Assembly (NCBI RefSeq): GCF_030692605.1 | Contig: NZ_JAUYUD010000093.1 | Location: 34-64,033 of the forward strand | Direction: 5' to 3' | Source of the DNA: Lutibacter sp. | Lineage (GTDB): Bacteria > Bacteroidota > Bacteroidia > Flavobacteriales > Flavobacteriaceae | Length of the DNA stretch: 64,000 nucleotides | Shown here: piece after piece, positions 49,715 to 59,329 of the stretch | Numbering within the stretch: position 1 is the first letter of the stretch | How the letters are laid out: every line of letters begins with the position of its first letter | Translations under genes and position numbers: made by a program | Notes under the pieces: generated by a model | What the model was told of the DNA's origin: nothing | What the model saw: the letters and a program-made list of their open reading frames with translations, nothing else | Database searches by the model: none

Positions 49715-51667
49715 ATGCATTTTAAGCATCCTGAAATTTTATATGCACTTTTTTTACTTATCATTCCGATACTAGTACATTTATTTCAATTACAACAATT
49801 TACCAAAGTACCTTTTACCAATGTTAAAATACTTCGACAAATACAACAACAAAATAGGAAGAGTGCCAAATTAAAAAAGTGGCTTATTTTAATGTCTCGA
49901 ATAGCAACTTTATTATTTTTGATTGTTGCTTTTGCCCAACCATATTATTCGAATGTAACGAAAATTTTAGATCAAAATATAATTGTCTATTTAGATAACT
50001 CTTTTAGCATGCAAGCAAAAGGTAAAAAGGGTGAATTATTAAAATCAGCCGCCCAAGATTTGATTGAAACTTTTAAAAATACCAATTCAAAAATAACATT
50101 TATTACCAATAATGAAACATTTGAAAACATTGATTTTCCAGTATTAAAAAATGAACTATCAAGTATTAAATACAGTCCTAATGAGCTACCTATAAGTACA
50201 TTATTATTAAAAATTAAAAGTATAATTACTGATACAATTAACACTTCAAATAAAATTATATTAATATCTGATTTTCAGAAAAATAAGTTTGATGAAAAAC
50301 AACATTTTACAAATGTAAACACTTCTTATTCCTTCATAAATTTAGCTCCTACTCAACCCTTTAATATCGGAATTGATAGCGCATTTATTGTTTCTGAAAA
50401 TGGCTCTGAAATCACGTTAAAAGTTGTACTAAAAAGCAATCAAAAATTAAATAAAAAAGTTGCAGTAACTTTTCATAATAACAATTTATTAATTGGAAAA
50501 GGTTCTGCAATATTCTCCAATTCAGATGTTGAAAACGTTACATTTAACTTCCCTACATCAACTAATTTTAAAGGCAAATTATCCATTGATGATGAAGGAT
50601 TAAATTTTGACAATTCTTTATTTTTCACCATTTCAAAACCAGAAAAAATTAAAGTCTTAACGCTTGGTGAAAACAGCCTTTTTTTACAAAAAATGTTTAA
50701 AAATGATGAGTTTAATTATTCTTATTCATCTATCGAAAAATCTAACTACTCCACTATTTTGGAACAACATGTTGTTATTTTAAATGAAATTGACAACATG
50801 CCTAATTCTATAACTACCTCCATAATTGAATATATTAAAAATGGCGGTACAGTTGTTCTTATTCCCTCAACACATATAAATATTACTTCTTATTCTCAAT
50901 TACTTTCCATTTTAAAAATAGGTAATTTAACCAGAAATGAGGTTGGTCGAAAAATAAATACTATCAATTTCAATCATCCCATTTTTAATGGCGTGTTTGA
51001 AAAGGAAATTCAAAATTTTCAATTTCCAACAACAAAAATTCACTATTTAATAAGTCAATCGAACCTATCTCCTATTTTAAAATTTGATTCAAATGCGATT
51101 TTTATTGGCTCTAAAAATATTGATAAAGGAACATTATATTGGATTGCATCTCCCTTAAACGATTTAAATTCGGATTTCACTCACTCTCCGCTAGTAGTTC
51201 CAGTATTTTATAATTTCGCAAAAAACAGTTTAAAAACTAATAACTTATACCACACTATTGCACAAGAAAATAATATCGAAATTTCAATTCAACTCAATAA
51301 AGACGAAGTTTTAACTGTTGCTAATTCGATTTCAGAATTTATTCCTTTGCAACAAATTTTGCATCAAAAAGTTTTATTAAAGGTATCTCATCAAGATTTG
51401 GAACAAGGTTTTTATGAAATGAAAAAAGATAAGAAAGCGATAAAAACAATTGCATTTAATTATAATAGAAACGAAAGTGATTTAGTTTATACCAATATGG
51501 ATTCTTTATTTTCTAATAAAAAAAATGTGAAAATAAGTACCTCTATTAATGAAACTTTTTCCACTTTAAAGGAGCAAAAAGAAATCAATTGGCTTTTTAA
51601 ATGGTTTTTAGCATTTTCTGCCTTATTTTTGCTCATTGAAATACTTATTTTAAAATATTTTAAATAA
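49715..51667 (+). CDS. BatA N-terminal domain-containing membrane protein
   Basis: N-terminal double-TM BatA-type segment (HPEILYALFLLIIPILVHLF) and a C-terminal TM anchor. Confidence 0.7.
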   Translation: MHFKHPEILYALFLLIIPILVHLFQLQQFTKVPFTNVKILRQIQQQNRKSAKLKKWLILMSRIATLLFLIVAFAQPYYSNVTKILDQNIIVYLDNSFSMQAKGKKGELLKSAAQDLIETFKNTNSKITFITNNETFENIDFPVLKNELSSIKYSPNELPISTLLLKIKSIITDTINTSNKIILISDFQKNKFDEKQHFTNVNTSYSFINLAPTQPFNIGIDSAFIVSENGSEITLKVVLKSNQKLNKKVAVTFHNNNLLIGKGSAIFSNSDVENVTFNFPTSTNFKGKLSIDDEGLNFDNSLFFTISKPEKIKVLTLGENSLFLQKMFKNDEFNYSYSSIEKSNYSTILEQHVVILNEIDNMPNSITTSIIEYIKNGGTVVLIPSTHINITSYSQLLSILKIGNLTRNEVGRKINTINFNHPIFNGVFEKEIQNFQFPTTKIHYLISQSNLSPILKFDSNAIFIGSKNIDKGTLYWIASPLNDLNSDFTHSPLVVPVFYNFAKNSLKTNNLYHTIAQENNIEISIQLNKDEVLTVANSISEFIPLQQILHQKVLLKVSHQDLEQGFYEMKKDKKAIKTIAFNYNRNESDLVYTNMDSLFSNKKNVKISTSINETFSTLKEQKEINWLFKWFLAFSALFLLIEILILKYFK

Positions 51668-52924
51668 ATGAATCTACTTCTAAAATCGGCTATCATTGTA
51701 GATAGTACAAGTCCTTACCACTTGCAAAAAAAGGATATTTTAATTGAAAATGGGATAATTACAAAAATAGCATCAGTTATTAAAAATGAGGAAGGTATTG
51801 AAGAACTAAAATTAAAAAATTTACATATTTCAAAGGGTTGGTTCGATACAAGTGTAAGTTTTGGAGAACCAGGGTTTGAAGAAAGAGAAACTATAAAAAA
51901 TGGACTCTTAACCGCCTCTAAAAGTGGTTTTACCAAAGTTGCAGTTAATTCAAACACAAACCCTGTTTTAGATACCAATGCCGACATCGAATTTATTGTT
52001 AATAAATGTAATAATTCCGCTACCAAACTATTTCCAATTGGTAGTTTAACAAAAGGCTCTGAAGGAAAAGATTTAGCAGAATTATACGACATGCAAAATT
52101 CTGGTGCAATTGCCTTTGGAGATTACAACAAGCCTCTAACAAATAGTAATTTATTAAAAATTGCCTTACAATACGTTCAAAATTTTAATGGGTTGGTATT
52201 AAGTTTCCCACAAGACCAAGCAATTGCTGGACACGGTGTTGTAAATGAAGAAATAAATAGTACAAAACTTGGTTTAAAAGGAATTCCAGCCTTAGCTGAA
52301 GAATTACAAATAGCAAGGGATTTATTTATACTAGAATATACAGGAGGTAAATTACACATACCAACTATTTCAACTGCAAATTCAGTAAAATTAATAAAAG
52401 AAGCTAAAAAGAAAAACTTAGACGTAACTTGTAGTGTTGCAGGGCATCATTTGGTTTTAACAGATGATGAATTGGTTCATTTTGATTCAAACACAAAGGT
52501 AATGCCTCCATTACGCACGAAAAGGGATATAAAAGCACTATTAAAAGGGGTGCAAGAAGGTGTTATTGATGTAATTACAAGCGATCATAACCCAATTGAT
52601 GTTGAGCATAAAAAAGTAGAATTTGACAATGCCAAATACGGCACAATCGGTTTGGAAAGTTTATTTGGAGCTTTAAATCCGGTTTTAGAATTAGAAGTAC
52701 TTATAAATTGTTTAACTGAAAATCCTTGCAAAATATTTCAAGTAAAAAATTCAAGTATTAGAGAAGGAGAAAAAACCGATATTACCCTTTTCAACCCTGA
52801 ATATTCTTATAAATTTGAAGTGAACAATATACTTTCAACTTCAAAAAATTCGATATTCTTGGGGAAGGAAATGAATGGAAAAGTCTATGGAATTTTTGCA
52901 AATAATCAATTAATTTTATCTTAA
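51668..52924 (+). CDS. Dihydroorotase-like amidohydrolase; the first metal-ligand motif is not conserved
   Basis: Amidohydrolase fold with TSDHNPI and AGHHL retained. However, DTSVSFGEPG occupies the position of the canonical DxHVHxRxPG. Confidence 0.7.
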   Translation: MNLLLKSAIIVDSTSPYHLQKKDILIENGIITKIASVIKNEEGIEELKLKNLHISKGWFDTSVSFGEPGFEERETIKNGLLTASKSGFTKVAVNSNTNPVLDTNADIEFIVNKCNNSATKLFPIGSLTKGSEGKDLAELYDMQNSGAIAFGDYNKPLTNSNLLKIALQYVQNFNGLVLSFPQDQAIAGHGVVNEEINSTKLGLKGIPALAEELQIARDLFILEYTGGKLHIPTISTANSVKLIKEAKKKNLDVTCSVAGHHLVLTDDELVHFDSNTKVMPPLRTKRDIKALLKGVQEGVIDVITSDHNPIDVEHKKVEFDNAKYGTIGLESLFGALNPVLELEVLINCLTENPCKIFQVKNSSIREGEKTDITLFNPEYSYKFEVNNILSTSKNSIFLGKEMNGKVYGIFANNQLILS

Positions 52925-52939
52925 AAAAATTTAGTTTAA

Positions 52940-53269
52940 ATGGATAATTCTACCATAGAAAATGGAAAAACAATTGCACTGATTAGTTATTTAACTTGGA
53001 TTGGAACTATCATTGCATTTATTATGAACGGCGAAAAGAGAAACTCTTTTGCTTCTTTTCATATAAGACAAATGATAGGATTATCTCTTTTTTCATTTAT
53101 AAATGCACTTTTTATAGTTAAATATATAGGATTTTGGGTGGCTGCAATTATTAGCCTAGTTCTATTTGTTTTTTGGATGATTGGTTTTATGGGTGCAATT
53201 AAAGGGGAGGAGAAAAAAATTCCATATTTTGCAGATATTTTTCAAGAATGGTTCAAAAGCATTGCCTAG
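52940..53269 (+). CDS. DUF4870 domain membrane protein
   Basis: ALISYLTWIGTIIAFI...SFHIRQ signature and three TM segments. Confidence 0.75.
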   Translation: MDNSTIENGKTIALISYLTWIGTIIAFIMNGEKRNSFASFHIRQMIGLSLFSFINALFIVKYIGFWVAAIISLVLFVFWMIGFMGAIKGEEKKIPYFADIFQEWFKSIA

Positions 53270-53294
53270 CTTAATTATAAATGATATTTTTGAA

Positions 53295-53318
53295 GTCGCA
53301 CTTAATGTGCGATTTTTA
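53295..53318 (+). terminator. Rho-independent terminator after the DUF4870 gene
   Basis: Stem tcgcac/gtgcga with loop ttaat, followed by TTTTTATTT. It lies inside the N-terminal extension proposed by the ORF track for the next gene. Confidence 0.65.
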
Positions 53319-53325
53319 TTTCTTT

Positions 53326-53979
53326 ATGAAAAAACAAACTCTAAACTATATTAAGAAAAAGCCAATAATAATTGACTCTAAAACCTCTTTACTCATTTTA
53401 TTACACGGATACGGAAGTAACAAAGAAGATCTTTTTTCCTTTGCTAGTGAATTACCCGATAATTTATTAGTTATTAGCGCTGAAGCGCCAATAGATATGG
53501 GATATGGAGGGTATGCCTGGTACAACATTCATTTTAACAATGCCCAGAGTAAATTTTCTGATCCTAAAGAGGTTCGTGAAGCAATGGAAAATATTGCAAA
53601 TTTTATTGATGAAATTCAAGATAAATATCACATTCTTCCTGAAAAAACATTCCTTTTAGGTTTTAGCCAGGGTACTATATTAAGTTATGCCGTTGCCTTA
53701 AATTATCCGAAAAAAGTACAAAAAGTTATTGCATTAAGCGGTTATATAAATGTCGATTTACTACCACATCAAATGAGTGACAATTCACATAGTAAATTGG
53801 ATTTTTTCATATCTCATGGAAGTGTTGACCAAGTTATCCCAGTAGAATGGGCTAAAAAGGCACCACAAATATTAAATAACTATAATATTAATAATTGTTA
53901 TTCTGAATATCCTGTTGGACATGGTGTTTCACCACAAAACTTTTTTGCTTTCAAAAAATGGATTGAGGAACGAATGTAA
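53326..53979 (+). CDS. Phospholipase/carboxylesterase family alpha/beta hydrolase
   Basis: LLHGYGSN, nucleophile elbow GFSQG and a C-terminal GHG. The start is set at MKKQT, downstream of the terminator. Confidence 0.8.
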   Translation: MKKQTLNYIKKKPIIIDSKTSLLILLHGYGSNKEDLFSFASELPDNLLVISAEAPIDMGYGGYAWYNIHFNNAQSKFSDPKEVREAMENIANFIDEIQDKYHILPEKTFLLGFSQGTILSYAVALNYPKKVQKVIALSGYINVDLLPHQMSDNSHSKLDFFISHGSVDQVIPVEWAKKAPQILNNYNINNCYSEYPVGHGVSPQNFFAFKKWIEERM

Positions 53980-54042
53980 ATACATGTTTTCTTTTTGCCG
54001 TTTTTTGATTACATTACAAATCATTAATCAATTATAAAAACT

Positions 54043-54786
54043 ATGGATATTTTAGGTATTGATGTAGGAGGAACAGGGATAAAAGGGGCTATTGTAAACA
54101 CTGAAACAGGTGTTTTAATTACAAAAAGAAAACGATTTAAAACTCCATCTCCTGCTAATCCAGAAGCACTTTCAGAAATTATTGAAAAAATGGTCCAGCA
54201 TTTTAATTGGAATGGACCAATTGGTTGTGGTTTTCCTACACCATTGCAGCATGGAAAATGTTTAACTGGCGGAAATTTGCATAAAGATTGGAAAGGAGTT
54301 CAGGTTGACAAACTTTTTGAAGAAAAAACAAGAAACCAATATTTTATTGTAAATGATGCTGATGCTGCTGGCCTTGCCGAAATTAATTTTGGGGCTGGAA
54401 AAGATGTAAAAGGTGTGGTAATTATGATAACCTTAGGTACAGGAATTGGCTCAGGTTTGTTTTTAGATGGTAAATTATTGCCAAACACAGAATTTGGGCA
54501 TGTATTGCACAAAAATGGTGATATTTTTGAAAAATATGCCTCAGATTCAGCAAGAGAAAGAGATGAATTGAATAGCAAACAGTGGGGAAAAAGATTACAT
54601 AAGTATTTCAAACACATTAATTTATTATTGTCTCCTGATTTAATAATTATAGGAGGAGGAGCTAGTAAAAAATTTGACAAAATCGAAGCCAGAATAAATA
54701 TAGACACAAAAATTGTACCTGCCGAAGCAGAAAATGAGGCAGGTATAATTGGAGCCGCGCTTGCTGCTAAATACCAAATTAAATAA
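54043..54786 (+). CDS. ppgK: ROK family polyphosphate glucokinase
   Basis: ILGIDVGGTGIKGA, NDADAAG, TLGTGIGS and GGGAS motifs. Confidence 0.85.
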   Translation: MDILGIDVGGTGIKGAIVNTETGVLITKRKRFKTPSPANPEALSEIIEKMVQHFNWNGPIGCGFPTPLQHGKCLTGGNLHKDWKGVQVDKLFEEKTRNQYFIVNDADAAGLAEINFGAGKDVKGVVIMITLGTGIGSGLFLDGKLLPNTEFGHVLHKNGDIFEKYASDSARERDELNSKQWGKRLHKYFKHINLLLSPDLIIIGGGASKKFDKIEARINIDTKIVPAEAENEAGIIGAALAAKYQIK

Positions 54787-54828
54787 TGAAATATTCAATA
54801 AAAGAAATTATTTCTCAAAAAAAATAAC

Positions 54829-55443
54829 GTGACATTATTTAATTTATTAGATATTTTAGGTATAATTTCATTTGCCATTTCGGGTTCTCTTGTGGCAATG
54901 CGGAAAAAATTTGATCCATTTGGAGTTTATATTATTGCCTTTGCCACTTCTGTTGGAGGAGGTACGTTAAGAGATGTCTTAATAGGTGCTCAACCTGTAT
55001 TTTGGATGAAAAATACCTCTGTAATATTCTTTATAACAGGATCTTATGTTTTTGCAATATTTTTTAGAAAATTTTTAAAATATCTAAGCAAATCACTTTT
55101 TTTATTCGATACAATTGGGCTTGGATTATATACAATTATGGGAACAGAGATTGGATTAAAAGCAAATTTTCATCCTATTATAATTGTCTCTATTGCAACT
55201 ATGACCGCCTCTTTTGGTGGAGTTATTAGAGACCTTTTATGTAATGAAGTACCTGTTATTTTTAGGAAAGAAATTTATGCAATGGCAAGTGTATTTGGTT
55301 CATTAGCTTTTTTAATTTTACACTTTTTTAATTTTAACGAATCTGTTTTATATATTTCAACCTCTTTAATAGTTATAACAATTAGGTTAGTAGCCGTAAA
55401 ATTTCATTTATCCATTCCAACTTTTTATATAAAGAAAAAGTGA
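54829..55443 (+). CDS. Trimeric intracellular cation channel family protein (UPF0126/YadS)
   Basis: Two internal repeats with GGGTLRD and FGGVIRD. GTG start. Confidence 0.8.
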   Translation: MTLFNLLDILGIISFAISGSLVAMRKKFDPFGVYIIAFATSVGGGTLRDVLIGAQPVFWMKNTSVIFFITGSYVFAIFFRKFLKYLSKSLFLFDTIGLGLYTIMGTEIGLKANFHPIIIVSIATMTASFGGVIRDLLCNEVPVIFRKEIYAMASVFGSLAFLILHFFNFNESVLYISTSLIVITIRLVAVKFHLSIPTFYIKKK

Positions 55444-56072
55444 TTTTTAGTTCATTTAAAAAATATTTATCAAAATTAATTGCAACACCATTATTAGGTG
55501 AAAATGCACAATTTAAGATGGTTCCAAAAATTAGGATGATGGAATTAAAAGAAAAAATGACATCTAAAAATTCTAAAAAAGCAGCTGTTTTGGTACTTTT
55601 TTATCCAAATGAACTAGGTGAAACATGTTTTTTACTCACTTTAAGGGCAAGTTATAATGGAACTCATTCAGACCAAATTAGTTTTCCTGGAGGGAAAAAA
55701 GATTTACGAGATTTAAATTTGGAAGCCACTGCTCTTCGTGAAACGTATGAAGAAACTGGAGTTCAAATTTCTGATATACATATATTTAAGCAAATGACTG
55801 TCGTTTTTATTCCGCCAAGTAATTTTTTAGTCAGTCCTTTTTTGGGAATTACAAATCGCAGACCTAATTTTATTAAAAATTACGAGGTCGAAGAACTAAT
55901 TGAAGTTAAATTAAGTGATTTACTAGATGAAACAAATGTAAAATATACTACTCTTTCTACTTCATATGCCCAAAACATAGAAGTTCCCTGTTTCATGTTA
56001 AATAATTATGTTGTTTGGGGAGCAACAGCAATGATGCTTTCCGAAATTAAAGAGCTTATTAAATTAATGTAA
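55440..56072 (+). CDS. NUDIX hydrolase (CoA pyrophosphatase-like)
   Basis: Nudix box FPGGKKDLRDLNLEATALRETYEETG. The GTG start overlaps the upstream stop, so the start is uncertain. Confidence 0.8.
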   Translation: MIFSSFKKYLSKLIATPLLGENAQFKMVPKIRMMELKEKMTSKNSKKAAVLVLFYPNELGETCFLLTLRASYNGTHSDQISFPGGKKDLRDLNLEATALRETYEETGVQISDIHIFKQMTVVFIPPSNFLVSPFLGITNRRPNFIKNYEVEELIEVKLSDLLDETNVKYTTLSTSYAQNIEVPCFMLNNYVVWGATAMMLSEIKELIKLM

Positions 56073-56084
56073 ATAATTTTTTAT

Positions 56085-56092
56085 TAAATTTG
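56085..56092 (+). promoter_or_regulatory. -7 promoter box TAAATTTG
   Basis: Matches TAnnTTTG, 26 nt upstream of the ATG at 56118. Confidence 0.35.
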
Positions 56093-56117
56093 CATTATTC
56101 AAAACCAACCAACTTAA

Positions 56118-56930
56118 ATGCCAATTTTTAAAAGAAATCCATTCGGACATATATTATTTTTAAAAAAGTGGCTCATTCGATTTTTTGGAATTGTATCGCA
56201 CGGAAGGTACAGAAGATTCAATAATCTCCAAATAGATGGGTCAGAAATATTAAGAGAATTACCCGAAAAAGGTGTTCTTTTTGTCTCCAATCATCAGACT
56301 TATTTTGCAGATGTTGCCGCTATGTTTCATGTTTTTAATGCTTCATTAAAAGGTAGGGCAGACAGCATAAAAAACATAGGATATATTTGGAACCCTAAAT
56401 TGAATATTTATTTTGTCGCCGCCGCTGAAACTATGAAATCTGGATTTTTACCTAAGATTTTTGCATATGCTGGATCTGTTTCTATCGACAGAACTTGGAG
56501 AGCAGCAGGCCAAGATGTAAACCGACAAGTAAAACAATCAGACATTTCAAATATTGGACTAGCTTTAAATGATGGTTGGGTAATTACTTTCCCACAAGGT
56601 ACCACTAAGCCATTTAAACCAATTAGACGGGGAACTGCACATATAATAAAAACTTATAAACCAATTGTGGTACCTATTGTTATTGATGGTTTTAGACGCT
56701 CGTTCGATAAAAAAGGGTTACTTATTAAAAAAAGAGATGTACTGCAATCTATGGTAATTAAAAAACCAATGGATATTGATTACGAAAATGATACTATTGA
56801 AGAAATTGTTAATAGGATAGAAATTGAAATAGAACAACATCCATCTTTCTTAAAGGTTATTCCAATTGATGTTTATATAAAAGAAGAAGAGGAACTAAAT
56901 GCTAAAAGAAAATTCTGGAATAATTATTAA
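56118..56930 (+). CDS. Lysophospholipid (1-acyl-sn-glycerol-3-phosphate) acyltransferase family protein
   Basis: HX4D-type motif SNHQTYFAD and a FPQGT block. Confidence 0.75.
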   Translation: MPIFKRNPFGHILFLKKWLIRFFGIVSHGRYRRFNNLQIDGSEILRELPEKGVLFVSNHQTYFADVAAMFHVFNASLKGRADSIKNIGYIWNPKLNIYFVAAAETMKSGFLPKIFAYAGSVSIDRTWRAAGQDVNRQVKQSDISNIGLALNDGWVITFPQGTTKPFKPIRRGTAHIIKTYKPIVVPIVIDGFRRSFDKKGLLIKKRDVLQSMVIKKPMDIDYENDTIEEIVNRIEIEIEQHPSFLKVIPIDVYIKEEEELNAKRKFWNNY

Positions 56931-56938
56931 TAAAATTT

Positions 56939-56991
56939 AAAATGGATAATAAATTATAGATTTAAACAATCTTAATTTTATTATCCATTTT
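56939..56991. terminator. Long hairpin between convergent genes (probable bidirectional terminator)
   Basis: Perfect 15-bp stem aaaatggataataaa / tttattatccatttt with a 23-nt loop. Confidence 0.5.
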
Positions 56992-57011
56992 ATGACTAAG
57001 AGAGTGATTAT

Positions 57012-57482
57012 TTATCCTAACCAAGCGTTTAACATCCAAAGTGTTTTTTCTTGCTCAGCTATAAAATCGCTCATCATAGAATTAGTTCCTTCATCATTCT
57101 CATCTGATGCTTCTTTAAGAATTGCACGTTCTATTTGAAGAATTATAGCTAAAGAGTCAATCACTAATTTTACTGATTCCACATCATTAGATATTTCTTT
57201 ACCAACCTTAACTTTTGACAACTTATTATAATCTTCAAAAGTATGAAGGGGAACACCTCCTAAAGTCAATATTCTTTCAGCAATAAAATCAATTTTATCT
57301 TGAGAATCTATGTAAAACTCTTCAAATTTAACATGCAATTCAAAAAAAGATTTTCCTTTAATATTCCAATGCAAACCTCTTAAATTTTGATAATAAACTT
57401 GAAAATTAGCCAATAATTTATTCAAATTAATTATACGATTTTCTGTAGCAGACTTCCCGAGTCCAATAATTGTTGTATTCAT
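57012..57482 (-). CDS. dps: Dps family DNA-protection/ferritin-like protein
   Basis: LHWNIKG, FHELHVKFEE-type region and the ferroxidase-centre pattern. It is divergent from oxyR. Confidence 0.88.
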   Translation of the reverse strand: MNTTIIGLGKSATENRIINLNKLLANFQVYYQNLRGLHWNIKGKSFFELHVKFEEFYIDSQDKIDFIAERILTLGGVPLHTFEDYNKLSKVKVGKEISNDVESVKLVIDSLAIILQIERAILKEASDENDEGTNSMMSDFIAEQEKTLWMLNAWLG

Positions 57483-57582
57483 TTTTTAAAATTTTATTTA
57501 ATCAAATTTCTTAAAAATAAAAATAGTTTTAATATAATTATTATTGATAGTTTTAATATCTTTATCAGGTAAATTTATACTT

Positions 57583-58530
57583 ATGACAATCACACAATTA
57601 AAATATGTATTGGCAGTTGCAGAACATCAAAATTTTACGGTGGCAGCTGAGCATTGCTTTGTTACACAACCCACATTGAGTATGCAAATTCAAAAATTGG
57701 AAGATGAATTAGATACTCTAATATTTAACCGGGCAAAAAAACCAATTCAACTGACAGAAATTGGGCAAAAAATTATTGAACAGGCCAAAATTATTGTGGA
57801 TGAGAGTAATAGATTAAGCAATATTGTAGATCAGCAAAAAGGCTTTATTGGTGGCGATTTTAAATTAGGAATTATTCCCACTGTAATGCCAACTTTACTC
57901 CCATTATTTTTAAAAATATTTATAAAAAGATACCCAAAAGTAAATTTAAAAATTGAAGAATTAACAACTGAAGAAATTGTTAAAAAATTAACGGACGGGC
58001 ATATAGATGTAGCCATTGCTGCAACACCTTTAGAGAATGAAGCTATTAAGGAAAAACCCCTATATTATGAGCCATTTATTGCATTTATACCTCCGGAACA
58101 TAGATTATTTAAAAATAAAACTATAGAAATAGATCAATTAAATATTTCCGACATATTGTTATTGGAAGATGGCCATTGCTTTAAAGAAAATATTATTAAT
58201 TTATGTAGTGCTTTGGGTTCAAAAAATCAACATTTTAAACTGCACAGCGGCAGTTTTAATACCTTAATTAAACTATCTAAAGAAGGTTTAGGAATGACGC
58301 TCCTACCCTATCTCCAAACTTTAGATTTAAATGAAAACGATAAAATTTATTTAAGAGATTTTGATGCCCCAGTTCCTGCAAGAGAAGTAAGCATTATTTA
58401 TCACAAATCACAATTAAAAATTCAACTTATAGATACTTTGAAAAACGTTATTGATAGTGTTATTAGGGGTGTAATTGCATTTAATGATGTAAAAATTATA
58501 AGTCCTTTACAAAAGAAAAAAGGAGCTTAA
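57583..58530 (+). CDS. oxyR: LysR-family hydrogen-peroxide-responsive regulator OxyR
   Basis: MTITQLKYVLAVAEHQNFTVAAEHCFVTQPTLSMQIQKLE HTH region, and DGHCF containing the redox Cys. It is divergent from dps. The start is set at MTITQL rather than the track start at 57544. Confidence 0.85.
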   Translation: MTITQLKYVLAVAEHQNFTVAAEHCFVTQPTLSMQIQKLEDELDTLIFNRAKKPIQLTEIGQKIIEQAKIIVDESNRLSNIVDQQKGFIGGDFKLGIIPTVMPTLLPLFLKIFIKRYPKVNLKIEELTTEEIVKKLTDGHIDVAIAATPLENEAIKEKPLYYEPFIAFIPPEHRLFKNKTIEIDQLNISDILLLEDGHCFKENIINLCSALGSKNQHFKLHSGSFNTLIKLSKEGLGMTLLPYLQTLDLNENDKIYLRDFDAPVPAREVSIIYHKSQLKIQLIDTLKNVIDSVIRGVIAFNDVKIISPLQKKKGA

Positions 58531-58739
58531 AAGCTCCTTTTTTCAATATTTACAATGGCTAAACACGGATATAAATCTGGTTTATTAAACGTAAACTCTT
58601 TTAACCATAAATACAATTCTTTTAATTCATAAGGTAATAACCTGTTAACTGCTTTTTCCAATTCTTTTTTAAACAATTCTTTATTAAAGCTAACTTTTTC
58701 GAGTATTGTTTTGGTATACTCAAACATTGCTCTTGCCAT
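58527..58739 (-). CDS. Hypothetical small protein
   Basis: ORF counted from the internal Met (MARAMFEY). No motif was recognised and the start is uncertain. Confidence 0.35.
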   Translation of the reverse strand: MARAMFEYTKTILEKVSFNKELFKKELEKAVNRLLPYELKELYLWLKEFTFNKPDLYPCLAIVNIEKRSF

Positions 58740-58851
58740 AAATGATGAGGTTTTTAGTTGGTTACTATTAGAACGTACTACTAGGGATTTTATTGTACTA
58801 AAATACAAATAAAATTAAATAAAAAAAAATAAAAACTGATGTTTCCTTTAT

Positions 58852-59118
58852 TTATAATTTATTAATTTTTTTTATCAAATTACTTGCTGTTTCTTCAAGT
58901 TCTTTGTTTATTGCATTAAAATGAGCTCTTTTATCTGCTACCTTTTTTACATTTACTTTTTCAACCAACTTATCAAAAGATTCAATAGCTTCATTAACAA
59001 TAGCCTCAGTGCTACTACTATCAGCTTTCGAATTCATTAATTCCCATGTATAACACTCTTCAATAATATCACCTAAAACGTAATTAATATCCTTTTTTAA
59101 ATTTTTAATACTTGCCAT
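58852..59118 (-). CDS. Hypothetical small helical protein
   Basis: 88-aa ORF, charged and helical. No motif was recognised. Confidence 0.4.
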   Translation of the reverse strand: MASIKNLKKDINYVLGDIIEECYTWELMNSKADSSSTEAIVNEAIESFDKLVEKVNVKKVADKRAHFNAINKELEETASNLIKKINKL

Positions 59119-59329
59119 AATTTATTTTTTTATTTTGCTGCAAATTTACTTTAAATTAGTATAACTCAGCCATCTTAAATCGAAAATATTTCTTAAAAAA
59201 GAAATGATTAAATTTAAGATAACAAATGTAATTCATATTTTATTTCTTCATTTTTACATATTTTAAAAAATTATAGGATATTTTTTAAACTAATGTTACT
59301 AAAACTATTAAAATGATTAATTTTGCCCT

